Source: Octopus bimaculoides (Eukaryota). From it: a stretch of DNA of 56,357 bases. The position numbers and the translations under genes were made by a program. Shown piece by piece: positions 12,686 through 25,970 of this stretch. The first letter of the stretch is position 1. Every line of letters begins with the position of its first letter. The DNA lies in the NCBI RefSeq assembly GCF_001194135.2, contig NC_068982.1:45682067-45738423 (forward strand), written 5' to 3'. The notes beneath the pieces were generated by a model. The model did not search any database. It was not told the DNA's origin and saw only the letters and a list, made by a program, of their open reading frames with translations.

Positions 12686-12900
12686 AGGCGGTGAGCTGGT
12701 AGAGTCGTTAGCACGCCAAAGTACTTAGTAAGTGCTATTTTGTCTGTCCTCACGTTCTTAGTTCAAATTCCGCCGCGGTCAACTTTGCTTTTCATTTTTT
12801 TTTGAGCTCGATAAAGGAAGCGCCAGTGAAATACAGGGATCGATATAATCAACTTACCTCTCTCTTGAAACTGCTGTCCTTGTGCCAAAATTTGAAATCG
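12686..12900 (+). mobile_element. SINE family A copy
   Basis: GGCGGTGAGCTGGTAGAGTCGTTAGCACGCC...GTTCAAATTCCGCCGCGGTC. Confidence 0.8.
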
Positions 12901-12959
12901 ATGTAACGTTTCACTAGTACACTGCCACACTAATACACCACTAAACTTCAATCAAGGGT

Positions 12960-13300
12960 AACGACCTCCTTCGGTCATGAATGACCATGGGATTGCACTT
13001 AGTAAGTTACCCTCCGAGGTACAAGTCCAGGCAAGTTATTTATGGATGTTCAGCAGTCACTCATACATACCAGCCTCCCCTCTCCATGCTACCAATATTA
13101 TCCAAGGGGTAGGCTAAGCCCGGTATAGCTTGGCACCAGTGACATCGCAACTCATTTCTACAGATAAGTAAACTGGAGCAACGTGAAACATAGTGTCTTG
13201 TTCAAGAATAGAACACACAGCCCGGTCCGGGAATCGAACTCACTACCTAATGATTGTAAACCCGACGCTCTAATCACTGAGCCATAACCTTCATTTACAG
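12960..13300 (-). mobile_element. Family C SINE copy
   Basis: Colinear with 11125-11415 (CTCCTTCGGTC..GAATGACCATGGGATTGCAC...GAATCGAACTCAC). Confidence 0.8.
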
Positions 13301-13414
13301 TATTACACTATTAATACACGGCATCGTTTCATCTTTACATCAAGATTGTTACACTACTGAATTTTGATATAACACCATTGCACTAGTATACAATTTCAAT
13401 ATAACACCATTGGT

Positions 13415-14990
13415 ACATTATTGGTTTCAGAATTTTGCACAAGGCCAGCAATTTCAGAGTAGTTGGGGTAAGTCGATTATATCAAGACCAATGCTCAACT
13501 GGTACTTATTTTGTCGATCCGGAAGGGATGAAAGGCAACGTCGACCTTGGCGGCATTTGAACCCAGAACAAAAAGACGGATGAAATGCCACTAAGCATTC
13601 GACCCGGTGTGCGATCACTTCTGCTAGCTCACCGCCTTACTTTTGATACATAATGTACACTATAGTACACTACATTATGTACATTTTATTACACTACTAG
13701 TATATTGGTTTCAAATTTTGGCACCAGGCCTGCAATTTCGAGGGAGGGCAGAAGTCGATTACATCGATCCCAGTACTCAACTGGTAACTTTTTTATCGAC
13801 AAAACCACAACAAAAAACAAAAGCAATTACAGGTATTGTCATATTATCAACGGCCAATTTTTCTTACTTGTTAAAGAATTAGTAAATAAACTATGACACT
13901 CCTTACCCTTTCCCTCCTCCATGAGGTAGTGATGGACATTCTGAAAGTCCACCAATCAATTATTACACCACTCTCACGAGAGTAATAGCTTATTTACTAA
14001 TCATTTAATAAATAAATAAAAATTGGCTGTCGATAATGGGCAAGTACTCAATTACACCACTTTTCTAATAAACCGCGACATTGAGAGGATGAACGGCAAA
14101 GCCAACCTCGGTGGAATTTGAACTCAGAACATAATGACGTACGAAATACCGCTAAGCATTTTCCCCGGTATGCTAATGATTCTGCCGGATCACCGCCTTA
14201 CACTACTGCTATATTAAACATTTAATTTTTTTCTCTTTTATCCGAGTCCTAGAACTCATATGACTGGTTACCCGTTTTCCATGGCGTAGATAAGTGACTG
14301 ACATTACAACATACCCCCAAGCGGGTCACTGATCCGTTGCCGGCTTCAGAGCTAACAAATTTTGACGGTAGAGGTAGGGCAAGTCGATTACATCGATCCT
14401 AGTACTTGATTGATATTTTATTTTATGAATCCCCCCCCCCCACCGAAGGGACGATAGACAAAGTTGACCATGGTGGGATTTGAACTCTGTACCTAATGAT
14501 CTGGAAGAAACGCCGCTTAGTATTTTGTCCACGTGCTAGCGATTCTGTCAGCCAGTCGCCTTATTACATTAATACATCTCTATATTTTACTATTACATCA
14601 CTACACAACTTAACTAAATTATCAGATTTCTGTACTGCCACATGAATTGCACTATACTGTTAAACCACTACAATACGATATTACACTAAGAACAAGAATA
14701 GTCACTACGGTACAATTCTGTACAGTTTCCTTTTGCTAAATGTTACTCTCAAGGCGTTAGTCTACTCGGAGTTATGTTACTGGACATTACGAACTATCGC
14801 GTAGTTTAGGATCTAACTCAAAACTACTCGTTGTGAAGCTAACATACTCTGCTTGGTACTTATTTTATTAAGTACTTTGATGAAACGAAAAGCTAAGTCG
14901 ACTTCTGTGAGATTTGAACTCAGGATTTTAAGCAATGTAACTAAATACTGCAAAGCATTCTATCCGGTACTCTGCAATTTTTTAGAACTG
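13415..14990 (-). mobile_element. Cluster of four family A SINE copies (13415-13640; 13713-14200 split by a MITE; 14350-14560; 14850-14990)
   Basis: Repeated reverse-complement matches to the family A consensus. Confidence 0.78.
13801..14081. mobile_element. Foldback-type element, copy 2, inserted in a family A SINE
   Basis: Arms at 13835-13901 and 13978-14045. The SINE stops at TTTTATCGAC (13800) and resumes at TGAGAGGATGAA (14082). Confidence 0.7.
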
Positions 14991-15989
14991 AGCCAAAAAT
15001 ACTTTGAAAAGGAATTAATTAAAATTGACATATCCCCCAGTATAGGCCTGGTATTCCCTTTATCATCCTTTGGGAAGATATCAAAGCAAAACCAATTGCG
15101 ATTAGAACACGAAAACAGGAATCTACATAATACTAGCTATAAAATAAATACTCTTGTTCTTTGACGTTTGCTCCGACATCTATGCATTCTAATAGTGATA
15201 GTGATAGCAACATTAGCCATGATGAAGTCATTAACAACAACACCAGCAGCAACATCAACGGAGAAAACAATACAAACAAAAACTGAATGAGTATGCATCA
15301 CATACGCTCGATTCTCAACGCTGTGGCGCTGCTTCTTAATTAGAGAATCCAATTCACCTGCCAACATTTACAATGAAACCTAAACTTATATTCTCAGAGG
15401 ACTCACCCTCCTTTTCACTGTCTGAGCTGTTTTCCAAGAAACAATTGCCAACAATGCAGACTTTGACCTTTCTTTCTTGTACACTTGCCAGATTTTTACG
15501 TCTCCGTTTGAGGTTGGTCAAAACGAAGAAATGCGAAACTATAACTGCTATTTGGCACCGGCACCAAAAGAGACAACCAAGAACATATAAAAATAAAATA
15601 GACTAAATAATTCTCTATCATTATGGTTGTGATTGTTGTTGTTATTGTTAAGGCAATTATTATTATTATTATCATTATTATTGTGGTTGTTGGTTGATGG
15701 ATACCTCATCCACTAAGAAAAGTGTCGTCTGCAAAAGTTATCTCAAGAATGACTCAACCATTGAGCGTTTTCAATGAAATTGGAATAAAGTGAATCTTAA
15801 GAAATTGCAGGAATAATCCCATTAGAATCCCGTTAAAGAGAGAATGCCATTCCATTCCATCCCCCCCCCCACCTGTTTATTTTAAGTTGCTTTTCTGCAA
15901 TAGTAAAAGGCAGAATAGAGGAATGGTTTAGATAATTCAATTACTACCTCGTTGGCCACCATATTATATAAATTTTCGGCGTTCTGTTC

Positions 15990-16200
15990 TTATTGTGGGT
16001 TGTTTAATACCAAGTCAGCTCTTAATAGAGTAGACCTATGACCAAGAGGCTCTAGCCATGACCATCTCATGTTATTTTTCAGACGATGTATCCACAAACG
16101 ACATTATCTAATGTCACCTCCTGTTTAATGTGGAGCGATATGGTTTGAAATGAATTTGGCTGTTACTTCTGGCAGATCTAACTATAAGCAGAGTTGCTCC
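15990..16200. repeat. Family G interspersed repeat (fragments also near 6170-6330, 7160-7260, 20560-20650, 26470-26580, 56270-56335)
   Basis: Recurrent GTCAGCT...GACCTATGA.CAA...GACCATC and GGGAGATTT(A/G)GCTGCTATTTCTA(G/A)CAG motifs on both strands. Confidence 0.55.
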
Positions 16201-17119
16201 TCCATCGATTCAGTTTTGCTGTTGTCGTTATTGTTGTTGTTTAAGCCTAGGAGACCCCTGAACAAATAAACTATCGTTCGAAGATATTCTATCCGCGCTC
16301 GAATTCACTAGAGTACAAACCAGTTCATCTTGTCTCATTTTTTTGTAAAGAAATTAGTTTTATTTTAGAACGATTTGGCTGCCGTTTCCAGTAGGTCGAA
16401 AGACTACTTCTTACTTGCGCGTGCGCTTATGTGGGTACGCACGCGCGCACACACATACACACACACACACACACGCGCACGCACACACGCGCACGCACAC
16501 ACGCACGCACACACACACACACACGCACGCACACATACTCACACAGTTGATGGTGATGATGATGTACACGCTAGGTTATGCCCGCGCGCAGCTATATGTA
16601 CATGTATATGCAACTTCAAATTTAATACGTATTTGCGCAGCTTTTGTTGTAAATAAACTACTACTACTACTACTACTGGTGCTGCTACTGCTGATATTGT
16701 TTCTATATTTAACATTGCCGCAGTTGTGTTTTGCTTGGAGTAACGTAAGAGAGTTGGTGGGTGTGAGAAATAATCTGTTGTCCTGTGATTGTGATGGTTG
16801 TAGTGGTAGCGGCGGTGGTAGCGCTGAAAATGATGATGATGATGAAGGTGGCTAGCATAATGATGACGACAACAACGACGTTGATGGTGTTAGCGGTTAT
16901 TGCGATGTTAGGCGACGTAATGGTGGCAGTTGAATACACGAATGCTTATAAAACAATAAGAATGCTTATCGGAATCCTCACCTAAGCTATCACTGCTGCT
17001 GCCGATGTTATAAAACTGCGATAGAAAATAAAATCAAACTAAGAATATATGTGAGGATAAAAAGGAAACCTATGCAGAATTCATATGTATCTGATTAATG
17101 ACGTCAAAGCTCGGAATTT

Positions 17120-17780
17120 CTTGTTCTGGTGTAGAGTGGGATGACGTGTGTTGAGGTGCAACTGTGTGACGTGTGGTGTGGTGTGGTGTGGTATGGTATG
17201 AGAGAGTAGTGTGTAGCTTGTGTTAAGGTGTGGTGATGAGACTTGGAAAAGTTTGGGAAGCTGTGATGAAGTGTGATGAGTGAGGTTCGATAAGAAAAAA
17301 AGCGTGGTGTGGTGCTGTGAGGCACATGTAATGCGTTATGGTAATAGTGACGTGCGGTTTGGTGCTGTAAGGAATATGTAATGAGGAAAGGCGAGGTGAC
17401 TTGCGGTTCGGGTCGTTCGTGGTGAGTTGAAATGGTGTAGGGAAAGTATACTGTACTGACTGCGGTGACTTTCGGGAGTGCTGTGACTGTATGGCGTGGC
17501 GTAGCAACGTGTGGTGGGGGTGTGAAGGTATGTTAAGTAGAAATGTGGAACTGTGGAGAGGTGAGGATTGGTGTGGTGTTGTTGTTGTTGTTGTATGGGA
17601 TGAATAGATGTAGTGTATTGTAGCTCGATGATGTGGTCGTCGGAAGTGTGGTACTGAGGAGCGAGGTGTGATGTACCTGGTGGTGGTGTGTTGTATTGTT
17701 CTGCGTTATGAAATGCCGCAGTATGAAGTGTTGTGAGGTGAGATATTATGTATTGCGAGTGTGTTGAGGTGTGATGTACA
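17120..17780. repeat. Degenerate pentamer (GTGTG/GTGTA-type) low-complexity tract
   Basis: Approximately 5-nt periodicity: GTGTG GTGTG GTATG GTATG, GCGTG GCGTA. Confidence 0.7.
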
Positions 17781-18309
17781 TATTTGCATTAAACGTACAT
17801 ATTTGCATTTAAACTGCTCCACGTGCATGTCCCGCTCCACAAGACATGCACGCGAAGACTTGGAACAAATTACAAACACAAACATCGAAACACTAAGAAA
17901 GACTCTTACAAGTAGACATATGCATTCGTGGACATACAGCACATATATTATTCATGAAAACGTTTAAGCAGTTATGCAAAAAATATATTTACGAGCCCTA
18001 GCTGTCTTTTTTACCCTTTCCAGTTATAAGTGTGCATATATCGGTCTAGTTGTTAGAGTGTTGGACACACCATCATATGATCGATGGCTGAATTTTGGAC
18101 AGAATAGTACATTGTACCTTTGAGCAAGTAATTTCATTTCACATTGCTTTGCTCTAGTGTAGTGAACTAGAAATGAATACCATCCAAGTGCTGGTGCAGT
18201 TATTCAGCATTCTAGTGGTCATGGTCTCTATGTTCCGCTGGATCAAATTTGAAAGGACAGAACGGGTTTCTATTTCTGCCAGCGACTATATAATCAACTA
18301 AAAGCAATA

Positions 18310-18760
18310 TATATATATCCACGTTACAAATTTAATTTGTCTCTGTGGAAAGAGTCATTCTAACAATGCGTCCTGCCCTAACTCTTCGAAACGCTTAGTT
18401 TTAGAATGGTGGCAGCTGATGAAGGAAATGTTCTCTATGTGGCCTGTGTGTTTTCTGTGCTCTGTCTATCATTTTGTCCACGTTTTTTTGCAACGTCCTG
18501 TACCCAGATATGCATCTATATATACATGTAGATGTAGGTATGTACATACATGTACGTATATATGCATATACTCATATATTATTTGTATTATTACATGATC
18601 GAACGCACGGGTATAGGACGTCACCAACAGTAAACAGCGTGAAATACGAAAACAAATGAGTTAAATACGCAAATAACGAGAGAAAAAATAGAAAGCAAGA
18701 CAAGTAATACAAAGAACGACCCTTCATCAGTTGTTGGCTGTTTGTCTACTCCCCATTTTG
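18310..18760. mobile_element. Possible Penelope-like terminal fragments
   Basis: TTCGAAACGC...GCTGATGAAGG (18385-18425) and CCCTTCATCAG (18720) resemble the CTGA(T/A)GAAG..CGAAAC terminal motif as recalled. No ORF support. Confidence 0.3.
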
Positions 18761-19049
18761 AGCAAAACACATATATGATATACATATATAATAGAATTAT
18801 ACATACACACATTAGGATATGCGCATTTATACATACATCAACTACAAAACATACCACCCTAGACAATTATATACTTACATAGTTAACAATTATACACATA
18901 TATACGCAGTCTCTCTCTCTCTCTCCCTCTCTCTCTCCCTCTCTCTCTCCCTCTCTCTCTCCTTCTCTCTCTCTCTTTCACATATATATTAGGTAAGACA
19001 AATACCTCAGAGTTACCAATAGCAAGAATCTGGGGAAAAATCAAATAAA

Positions 19050-19290
19050 GGTGGCTGAGCACTCTACAAACACATGTACCCTTAACGTAGTTCTCGGGGA
19101 GATTCAGCGTGGCACAGAGTGTGACATGGCTGGACCTTTCAAATACAGGTACTTCTCATTATTGCTAGCTGAGTGGACTGGAGCAACGTGAAGTAAAATG
19201 TCTTGCTCAAGGACACGACGTATCGCCGGGAATTGAACTCACGATCGTGAGCCGATTGCTCTAACCACTAAGCCACGCACCTTCACAAAG
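19050..19290 (-). mobile_element. Family D SINE (C-like head/core, different tail)
   Basis: GTGGCTGAGCACTC..CAAACACATGTACCCTTAACGTAGTTCTCGGGGAGATTCAGCG...GGAGCAACGTGAA..TCTTGCTCAAGGACAC...CTAACCACTAAGCCACGC. Confidence 0.78.
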
Positions 19291-20043
19291 GTACATTAAA
19301 CACCACATAACAGAAATTCCTAGTTTACTAAGACTATTTTCTCTTGGAGAAGCAGTAAACTAACACTCCGGTAGCAACAGCAATCACCGAATGAACACTC
19401 ATGATAATCTTCATTAAAAAAAAAAAAAAATTGCCCGTATTTTATATGCCATTAAGGAAAGGTCAGTCGATCTTCTTCTTTCTGGAGACACATGTTTCTG
19501 CCACAATATGTATCATCAGCGCTGCAATTTTCCTACCTTTACTAAGACATAAGATTTAGACGTATCCATAAAGACTAGAGAAAATTTATTGCCTAAGGTA
19601 ATTTGCATAATTCAAACGTAAATGAGCTAAAAGAAATAAATTAGAGTTGCCAGTGACAGAGATCTGATGTACATGCATATATGTCTACACACATACATAC
19701 ACACGTACACACACAATCAAGAGTGCTTAATTTTGGGCAGATCTACGCACCAGTCTCTCGACTACATCATCACATATACAGAACCAGATGATATGACATC
19801 TATCTTATGTGAGTTTTATGTGATTTTTCGCAATAACACATGACATTTCAAATAGTAGAACTTTAGGATTTTATGGATATTGATAAGAAAAAAAGCAGAG
19901 GATGTGATAAAAATAAAAATATATTCTCGAAAATTAAGTAAATTTGAGTAAGGAAATTAAATTTATGAGATTCAATTATATTTTCACTAGAATGCCTTTA
20001 GTTTTTCTGACTTCTTGAAATGACTGACATAAACACACACAAA

Positions 20044-20074
<31 letters not shown>

Positions 20075-20100
20075 TGAGTTCCAGAAAAATACAGACATAA

Positions 20101-20131
<31 letters not shown>

Positions 20132-20239
20132 GACACACACAAATAAATATTTATTTATATATTTATGTTTGAGTATGCGTGTGTGTGATTATGTGCATGT
20201 CTGTGTGTCTCCATGAGTGCACTTTTCTGTGATCAGTAT

Positions 20240-20246
20240 ATATAAA

Positions 20247-20294
<48 letters not shown>

Positions 20295-20405
20295 CGCACA
20301 CACACACATACATACATACGTACATACATTATCTACATATATACAAAAATATATGCATGCATGCATGCATACATATATACATACATGCATGCTTATATAC
20401 ATATG

Positions 20406-20454
<49 letters not shown>

Positions 20455-21079
20455 GTATTATATACACGCTGCATACCTATGCATAGACCACGTATAAAAT
20501 TTGATTTAAAAGTGCCTACCTGTTATATATTCGGAGAAATGCAGAAGTCTGTGCGTTAACCCACAAACAGGCTAAACATAGCAGCTAAATTTCCCTCAGA
20601 TCACGTTACTGTCGTAGAAAACGATATACTGCATAATATGGTCTCTACATACATGCGTGTAAATTATGTGTGTATGCGTGTAAATGTTTGTGAATTTGTG
20701 CGTGTGTGTGTATGTGCGTGCTTGTGTGTTTTTTTTATATTTCATGTATGCATGAGTATGCCAATGTGTTTGCGTGTTTGTGTGTATGAAATTTATGCAG
20801 GATCGCTCTTCATATAATATTTTTTATAGGTGTACATTTAAAGTTGCACAACATGACTTTAATGCATCAATATCAAATCTCAACACAGTACACTTAACCG
20901 CCCTATATAACACAGTTAATAACACCCAGCCTATTTCACCAACTTACGTTACGTCACTTGGCAAAGAACAGCCCAATACACGCACACACACACGCTTACA
21001 TATACAAAAGTGAATGCATATAGATAAATACGTATCTCTATCTCTACATATATAAGCATATACACATACAAGTTGATAT

Positions 21080-21125
<46 letters not shown>

Positions 21126-21227
21126 CATATCTATCTATATATATATATCCATATCTATCTATCTATCTATCTATATATCCATATCTATCTATCTATCTAT
21201 ATATCCATATCTATCTATCTATCTATC

Positions 21228-21261
<34 letters not shown>

Positions 21262-21323
21262 TATATACGCACACACACGCTCATATATATACACACATTT
21301 ATACATACATAATACATACATAT

Positions 21324-21364
<41 letters not shown>

Positions 21365-21479
21365 CATATGGTATATTTACATATATATATACATATATGT
21401 GAATTATATATATATATACATACAGATATATGTGTAAATAAATATACATATATACATACACATATACACATATATACCC

Positions 21480-21531
<52 letters not shown>

Positions 21532-21560
21532 AAACACACGCGCATAGATATATATAACAT
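20240..21560. repeat. Compound (TACA)n/(TA)n/(ATCT)n/(CA)n microsatellite fields
   Basis: Fields at 20240-20480 and 21080-21560; source of the YIYI ORFs. Confidence 0.9.
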
Positions 21561-22169
21561 AAATATTTATATGTGTGTGTCAATGTGTATTTATGTATGT
21601 ACGTATATGTATCAATGTATGTCTTTAATTAAATAAGAAAAAAAAATGCTTTGCATGCATTTACATGCGATGAAACTAGTTCGCATAACCTTTTCTGAAA
21701 TTTTACCTGACATTAAATAACCTTTTACACTAATGATATGTTGGCTTCATGTTCATGTCTTTTACATAAAAAAACGAAGAATGCCAGTGCTTCAGATGGA
21801 ATATTATATCAAGGGATGATGATGGTGTTGCTATTGTTGCTATTAATTGGTATTTGGTTACATATTATCCTTCAACTAACGTAGCTTTTAATGGCTTTCG
21901 GTTGTGGTCATCCAGCGCTTTCTATACCAATAATGTCTTGTATATACCTGTGTTGGCATTTCTCTTTTTTCGCCCCCGTATCGCAGACTGCGATTTGGAG
22001 AAAACATTCGACTCTGTGTTTTCAACAGGTACAGTGATTGGCTATATAGTGTGGGGATCGGCATCTTATAGTCTTGTACTACTACTACTACTACTACTAC
22101 TACTGCGTGTGTTCGTGTTTGTTTTAGGAGTGAAAATTATTATTGAGCGATTGAGAGACCAATACATGC

Positions 22170-22590
22170 CATCAAAGTGACACTAGGGTACATATATACC
22201 CATTATGACTACCCGTCTGATAATGGCACGCCAGGCACATGCATCACAACCATATGTGCATGACCTTGCAAGTGGGGCTCAGTTAGACTTTTCTTCAGGT
22301 CGAATAGCCCACCCTGCTTAAAGGTCCCTGAATAAGAGTTGTTTAAAGATGTTGAACTAAACATTCATGATTCCAAAGGTGAATTATCTAAACCCCAAAG
22401 AATTCCTCTCAACCCATGGCTATGAGGCTTCCCAACTACTTCTGCTCGTGATCAGAGATGCACATATCGTCAGCCACTAAAGGACCCGCTCAACTGGTTA
22501 AGGTAAAGCAACTGACAAACAAATCTGTGATAGTGAGCAGATGACTATTAGTATTATTATTATTATTATTACTATTATTATTATCACTAT
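22170..22590 (+). mobile_element. Family E repeat ending in a (TAT)n tail (probable retroposon 3' end)
   Basis: 22400-22545 matches the MITE interior (GATCAGAGATGCACATAT..CAGCCACTAA..GGAC..GCTCAA.TG.TTAAGGT.AAG.A..TGACAA.CAAAT.TGTG). It then runs into TATTATTAT. Confidence 0.5.
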
Positions 22591-24429
22591 TATTATTACG
22601 ATTGCAGCCTTTCTAGGTCGACGAACAACAAAGAGGCCAAACCTTGACTGTTGTTTGTCCTGACCATCTCGTCTGTACAGAATTAATAAAATATATACCA
22701 ATAACAACTGTTTGATATCGTATAGAGTAGAAGCGGAGGAAATTTCTTTAGAAGGAGTTACCACAAATTACCAAAAAACTGGAGCAATTTCAGCCTTTAT
22801 TTGAATATGTGTGGGCGAAACTATTTCTATTGTGTATTGCATCACCATCTGTATTTATTGATTTTATTTCCTTTTATATATGTGTGAAGATCGAAAAATA
22901 TTGATATAATTTCTATTAGTGTTCGAGATTGGAATTCTGAGATTTGAACTTGTTATGATAAAGTCAAATGTTTGACAAATAATGTTCTAAAAATGGTTGT
23001 GATATAAGTATGATTAATTATTATATATATCTGACCAGTACATGAAACATCATGCTACTTATTATCTCCGCATGACTAACTATCATATTGATGTGTCTGA
23101 AAAATTTATAAAATACAGGACCCAACCGTCATATGAAATATTTATTAAATTAGCAAAGCCGACTATTATATCAATGAAATTTATCACTAAGCAATTGAAA
23201 GGAAACTGTTCATAAGCAAGGTGATGATTTATGTTTTAAAAACTAGGACAGGCTGTTGTATTAATCAAAGCAAGCATCTTATAGATTAATGTGACGGACG
23301 TGAACAACAGACGTACAGATATGGGCTACCAATATTTGATCAGTTGCCAGAAAGTTTCCTGAAAGATGACATAAATCAAAATTGTTGCAAGTAGATCAGA
23401 TCAGTACAGAGATTAGTTTCAGTAGATATAACCCATCACCTCTGTCTTAATCACTCAGTTAATCTCTTCTTTTGGAAATTTAACTTTGGATAAGCTTTGT
23501 ATGATTTAGACAACATTTTCATCTTGTATTCATCGGGTGTATTTCCAAGCATATGGAGATATTGATTATGAGTGATGCAATATTATAATATTAACACTTG
23601 AATTCTGCTGTCACGTATTGTTGCTGTATATTGCCAATTGCTAGGAGAGTCAGAATGCGCTTTCACCTTAATACTATTCTGATATGCTATGCCTGGCACA
23701 CAGATAGAAATCTAAAGTGATCGAGCAAAACACACACGCACGCACGCACACGCGCACCCCCCCTCTCTCACACACACACACAAAAAAGGAAAACAGGCTC
23801 AGAAGATATGAAAACTTACAAACCCACAATTGAGGAAATATTTGAATATAAAAATGATATTCTAATTTAAATTAGCTGTGTTTGTTATTGTTGTTCTCGT
23901 TGTTTATATTAGTTTGAACTACTCAGTGATTAATGATTGAGAAGATTCACGATATGAATATATAATCAAACATTTTTTTTAAAAGATGGGATAGATTGTA
24001 AATGCATCCTTCATTGTGTTTGGCCTCTGTGCGTTTCGGAGAGATGAAAAGCGAAATAGCTATTGCGGGTTCATTCTAAGAATTACAAGTCATATAATGG
24101 ATCAAAAGCTATTTTGTTTAATGTAGAAATCTAAGCCATCAACTTTATTCATAGATGAGATGCATCTGAAATGCATGGGAATTCTGCATTTGAAATATAA
24201 AGCTTAACGAATATAATACGGCTTTTTTTAAGACATAGCAACGCTTGAAAAGCAAATGAAATACCCTAGAAATTCTAACTGGCATACTGAAAGCATTAAT
24301 AAAAAATCCTACGAGAGTAGATTGCTGGTTCAGGTTTGGATACAAAGATCTTTCCTGTGTCTTAAAATATTTGTTATATACAATACCTTTCAAAGATAAC
24401 AGATATTAATTATAATTAATGTTTATCGC

Positions 24430-24775
24430 CGATTTTTGTCCTTGGATAGCAAACTACTATTTTCTGTTTGCTTACCCCTAGAACGTATGAAAAATGGCTA
24501 ATATTTCCTTCACATTTTGCTTTTGTTACAATATTTATTCAAACCCCTTTCAACATATGGCTATGATTCTCTCCAACACATAGCTATGGTGCTCCCCAAC
24601 ACATGGCTATGATGCTCCTGATCAGAGATGCACATATTGTCGGCCACTAAGGGACATGCTCAAATGATTAAGGTCAAGTATGTGACAAGCAAATTTGTGG
24701 AATTGAGCAGAATATTTACTATAACGATATTTCTGCTTCAGAAACTGTGCTGAATCTGTCTGAAATGATGTTTTT
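24430..24775. mobile_element. Second, one-armed copy of the 9.1-kb MITE
   Basis: Reverse complement of 9225-9555, with a ~24-nt unit (CAACACATGGCTATGATGCTCCC-like) triplicated at 24550-24620. Confidence 0.65.
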
Positions 24776-24916
24776 TTACAAGATTTTTTTTGTTCTTCTT
24801 GAACTTCTTGACTAGCCTTAATTAACTCTGTGCAAGCAAACCCACTTCACAAGAATAAGCAATAAAAAATAGAAATATTTTCATTGAGGACCTAAGCATA
24901 TATGCCTTGACACAGT

Positions 24917-25353
24917 TACAAGGTGGTATCAAAATGTTCCAGGACTCATTTACTTAACTTTTAACATCATCTCCTTCGAAACAGTCATCTTGCACAGCAA
25001 AACACCGGTTCCAGCGTTCCTGTCACTTTAGAAATCCGGCCTGGAAGTCATTTTCCGTAAGCCAGTCGAGGACCTTCTGCAATGCGCTCTGGACCTCGAC
25101 AACGGTGTTAAAAAGGCAACCTTTGAGCTGCATTTTCATCTTGGAGAAGAGATGGAAGTCTGCGGGTGCTAAATCTGGCGAATAGGGCGTATGCGGAAGC
25201 GATACTGTGTTGCTTTTTGGCGAGAAACTTACGAGTTAGGAGAGCTCAGTGACGGTGCACTGCCGTCGTGAAGAATTCAATTTTTCGCGCTCCACAGACC
25301 CCGTCGCTTTTGCCGAATGTCCTCTCTGAAACGCTCCAAAACGTCGCAGTAGA
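24917..25353 (-). mobile_element. Mariner (Tc1/mariner) transposase 3' remnant with one TIR
   Basis: Minus strand reads YCDVLERFREDIRQKRRGLWSAKN*ILHDGSAP, then (frameshifted) LPHTPYSPDLAPADFHLFSKMKMQLKG...F.K*QERWNRCFAVQDDCFEGD. YSPDLAP is the mariner signature. TA followed by CAAGGTGGTATCAAAATGTTCC at 24917 is the terminal repeat. Confidence 0.88.
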
Positions 25354-25534
25354 TATTGAGGTATATGAAAGACAAGTTAAATGTTTGGTGGAGGAGATGA
25401 AGGAGAAATCAAATCTCATTAGATACCGTTAACCAATATGCAAAATCGATGCAAGTGAACCTGGGTAAGTGTCTCGAAATAAGATATTCACTGGCAAGAA
25501 GTACACATGGAAATATATAGAGGAAATAAGACGG

Positions 25535-25970
25535 TGACCATGCAGAATTGTTAGCGCACCAGCAAAACGCTTAGCGGTATTTCATACATCATTATCTTCT
25601 GAGTTCAAATACCACCGAGGTCAACTTCGCCTTTCATCCTTTCGGGAGTAGATAAAATAAGTACCAGTTGAATACTGGGGTCAATGTAATTGACTTACTC
25701 TTCCCTAAAATTGCTGACCCTGTACCAAAATTGCTGACCAATATATAGAGAAAGTATGGCGGTGAGCTGGCTGAATCGTTAGCACACCGGGCAAAATGCT
25801 TAGTAGCATTTCGTCTGTCTATACGTTGAGTCCAAATGCCACCGAGGTCGATTTTGCTTTTCATCCTTTCGGGGTCGATGAAATAAGTAACAGCTGAACA
25901 TTGGTGTCGATGTAATTGACTTAACCCCTTCCCTGAAATTTCTGGCTTTGTGCCAAAATTCGAAAGCAAC
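25535..25970 (+). mobile_element. Two tandem family A SINE copies
   Basis: Heads near 25535 and 25757. Confidence 0.8.

Noticed and set aside
19365-19410. Minus-strand IIMSVHSVIAVATGVLVYCFSKRK* after a poly-T acceptor (TM-like terminal exon)
   Set aside because: No link to other exons, and it does not fit the MARCH C-terminus; could be chance.
20948-20956. Possible 9-nt minus-strand microexon (tttgccaag|TGACGTAAC|gtaagt)
   Set aside because: Such site pairs arise by chance, and there is no established gene model to place it in.
20163-21560. YIYI/THTH/CVCV/LSLS/RERE ORFs (also 26870-27429, 31919-33557, 36825-37318, 43106-43455)
   Set aside because: Microsatellite translations.
23330-23362. 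Strong minus-strand acceptor giving ETFWQLIKYW* in phase 0 (QLxxxW echo of MARCH2)
   Set aside because: It lacks the RYH motif and stops immediately; similarity is too short to trust.
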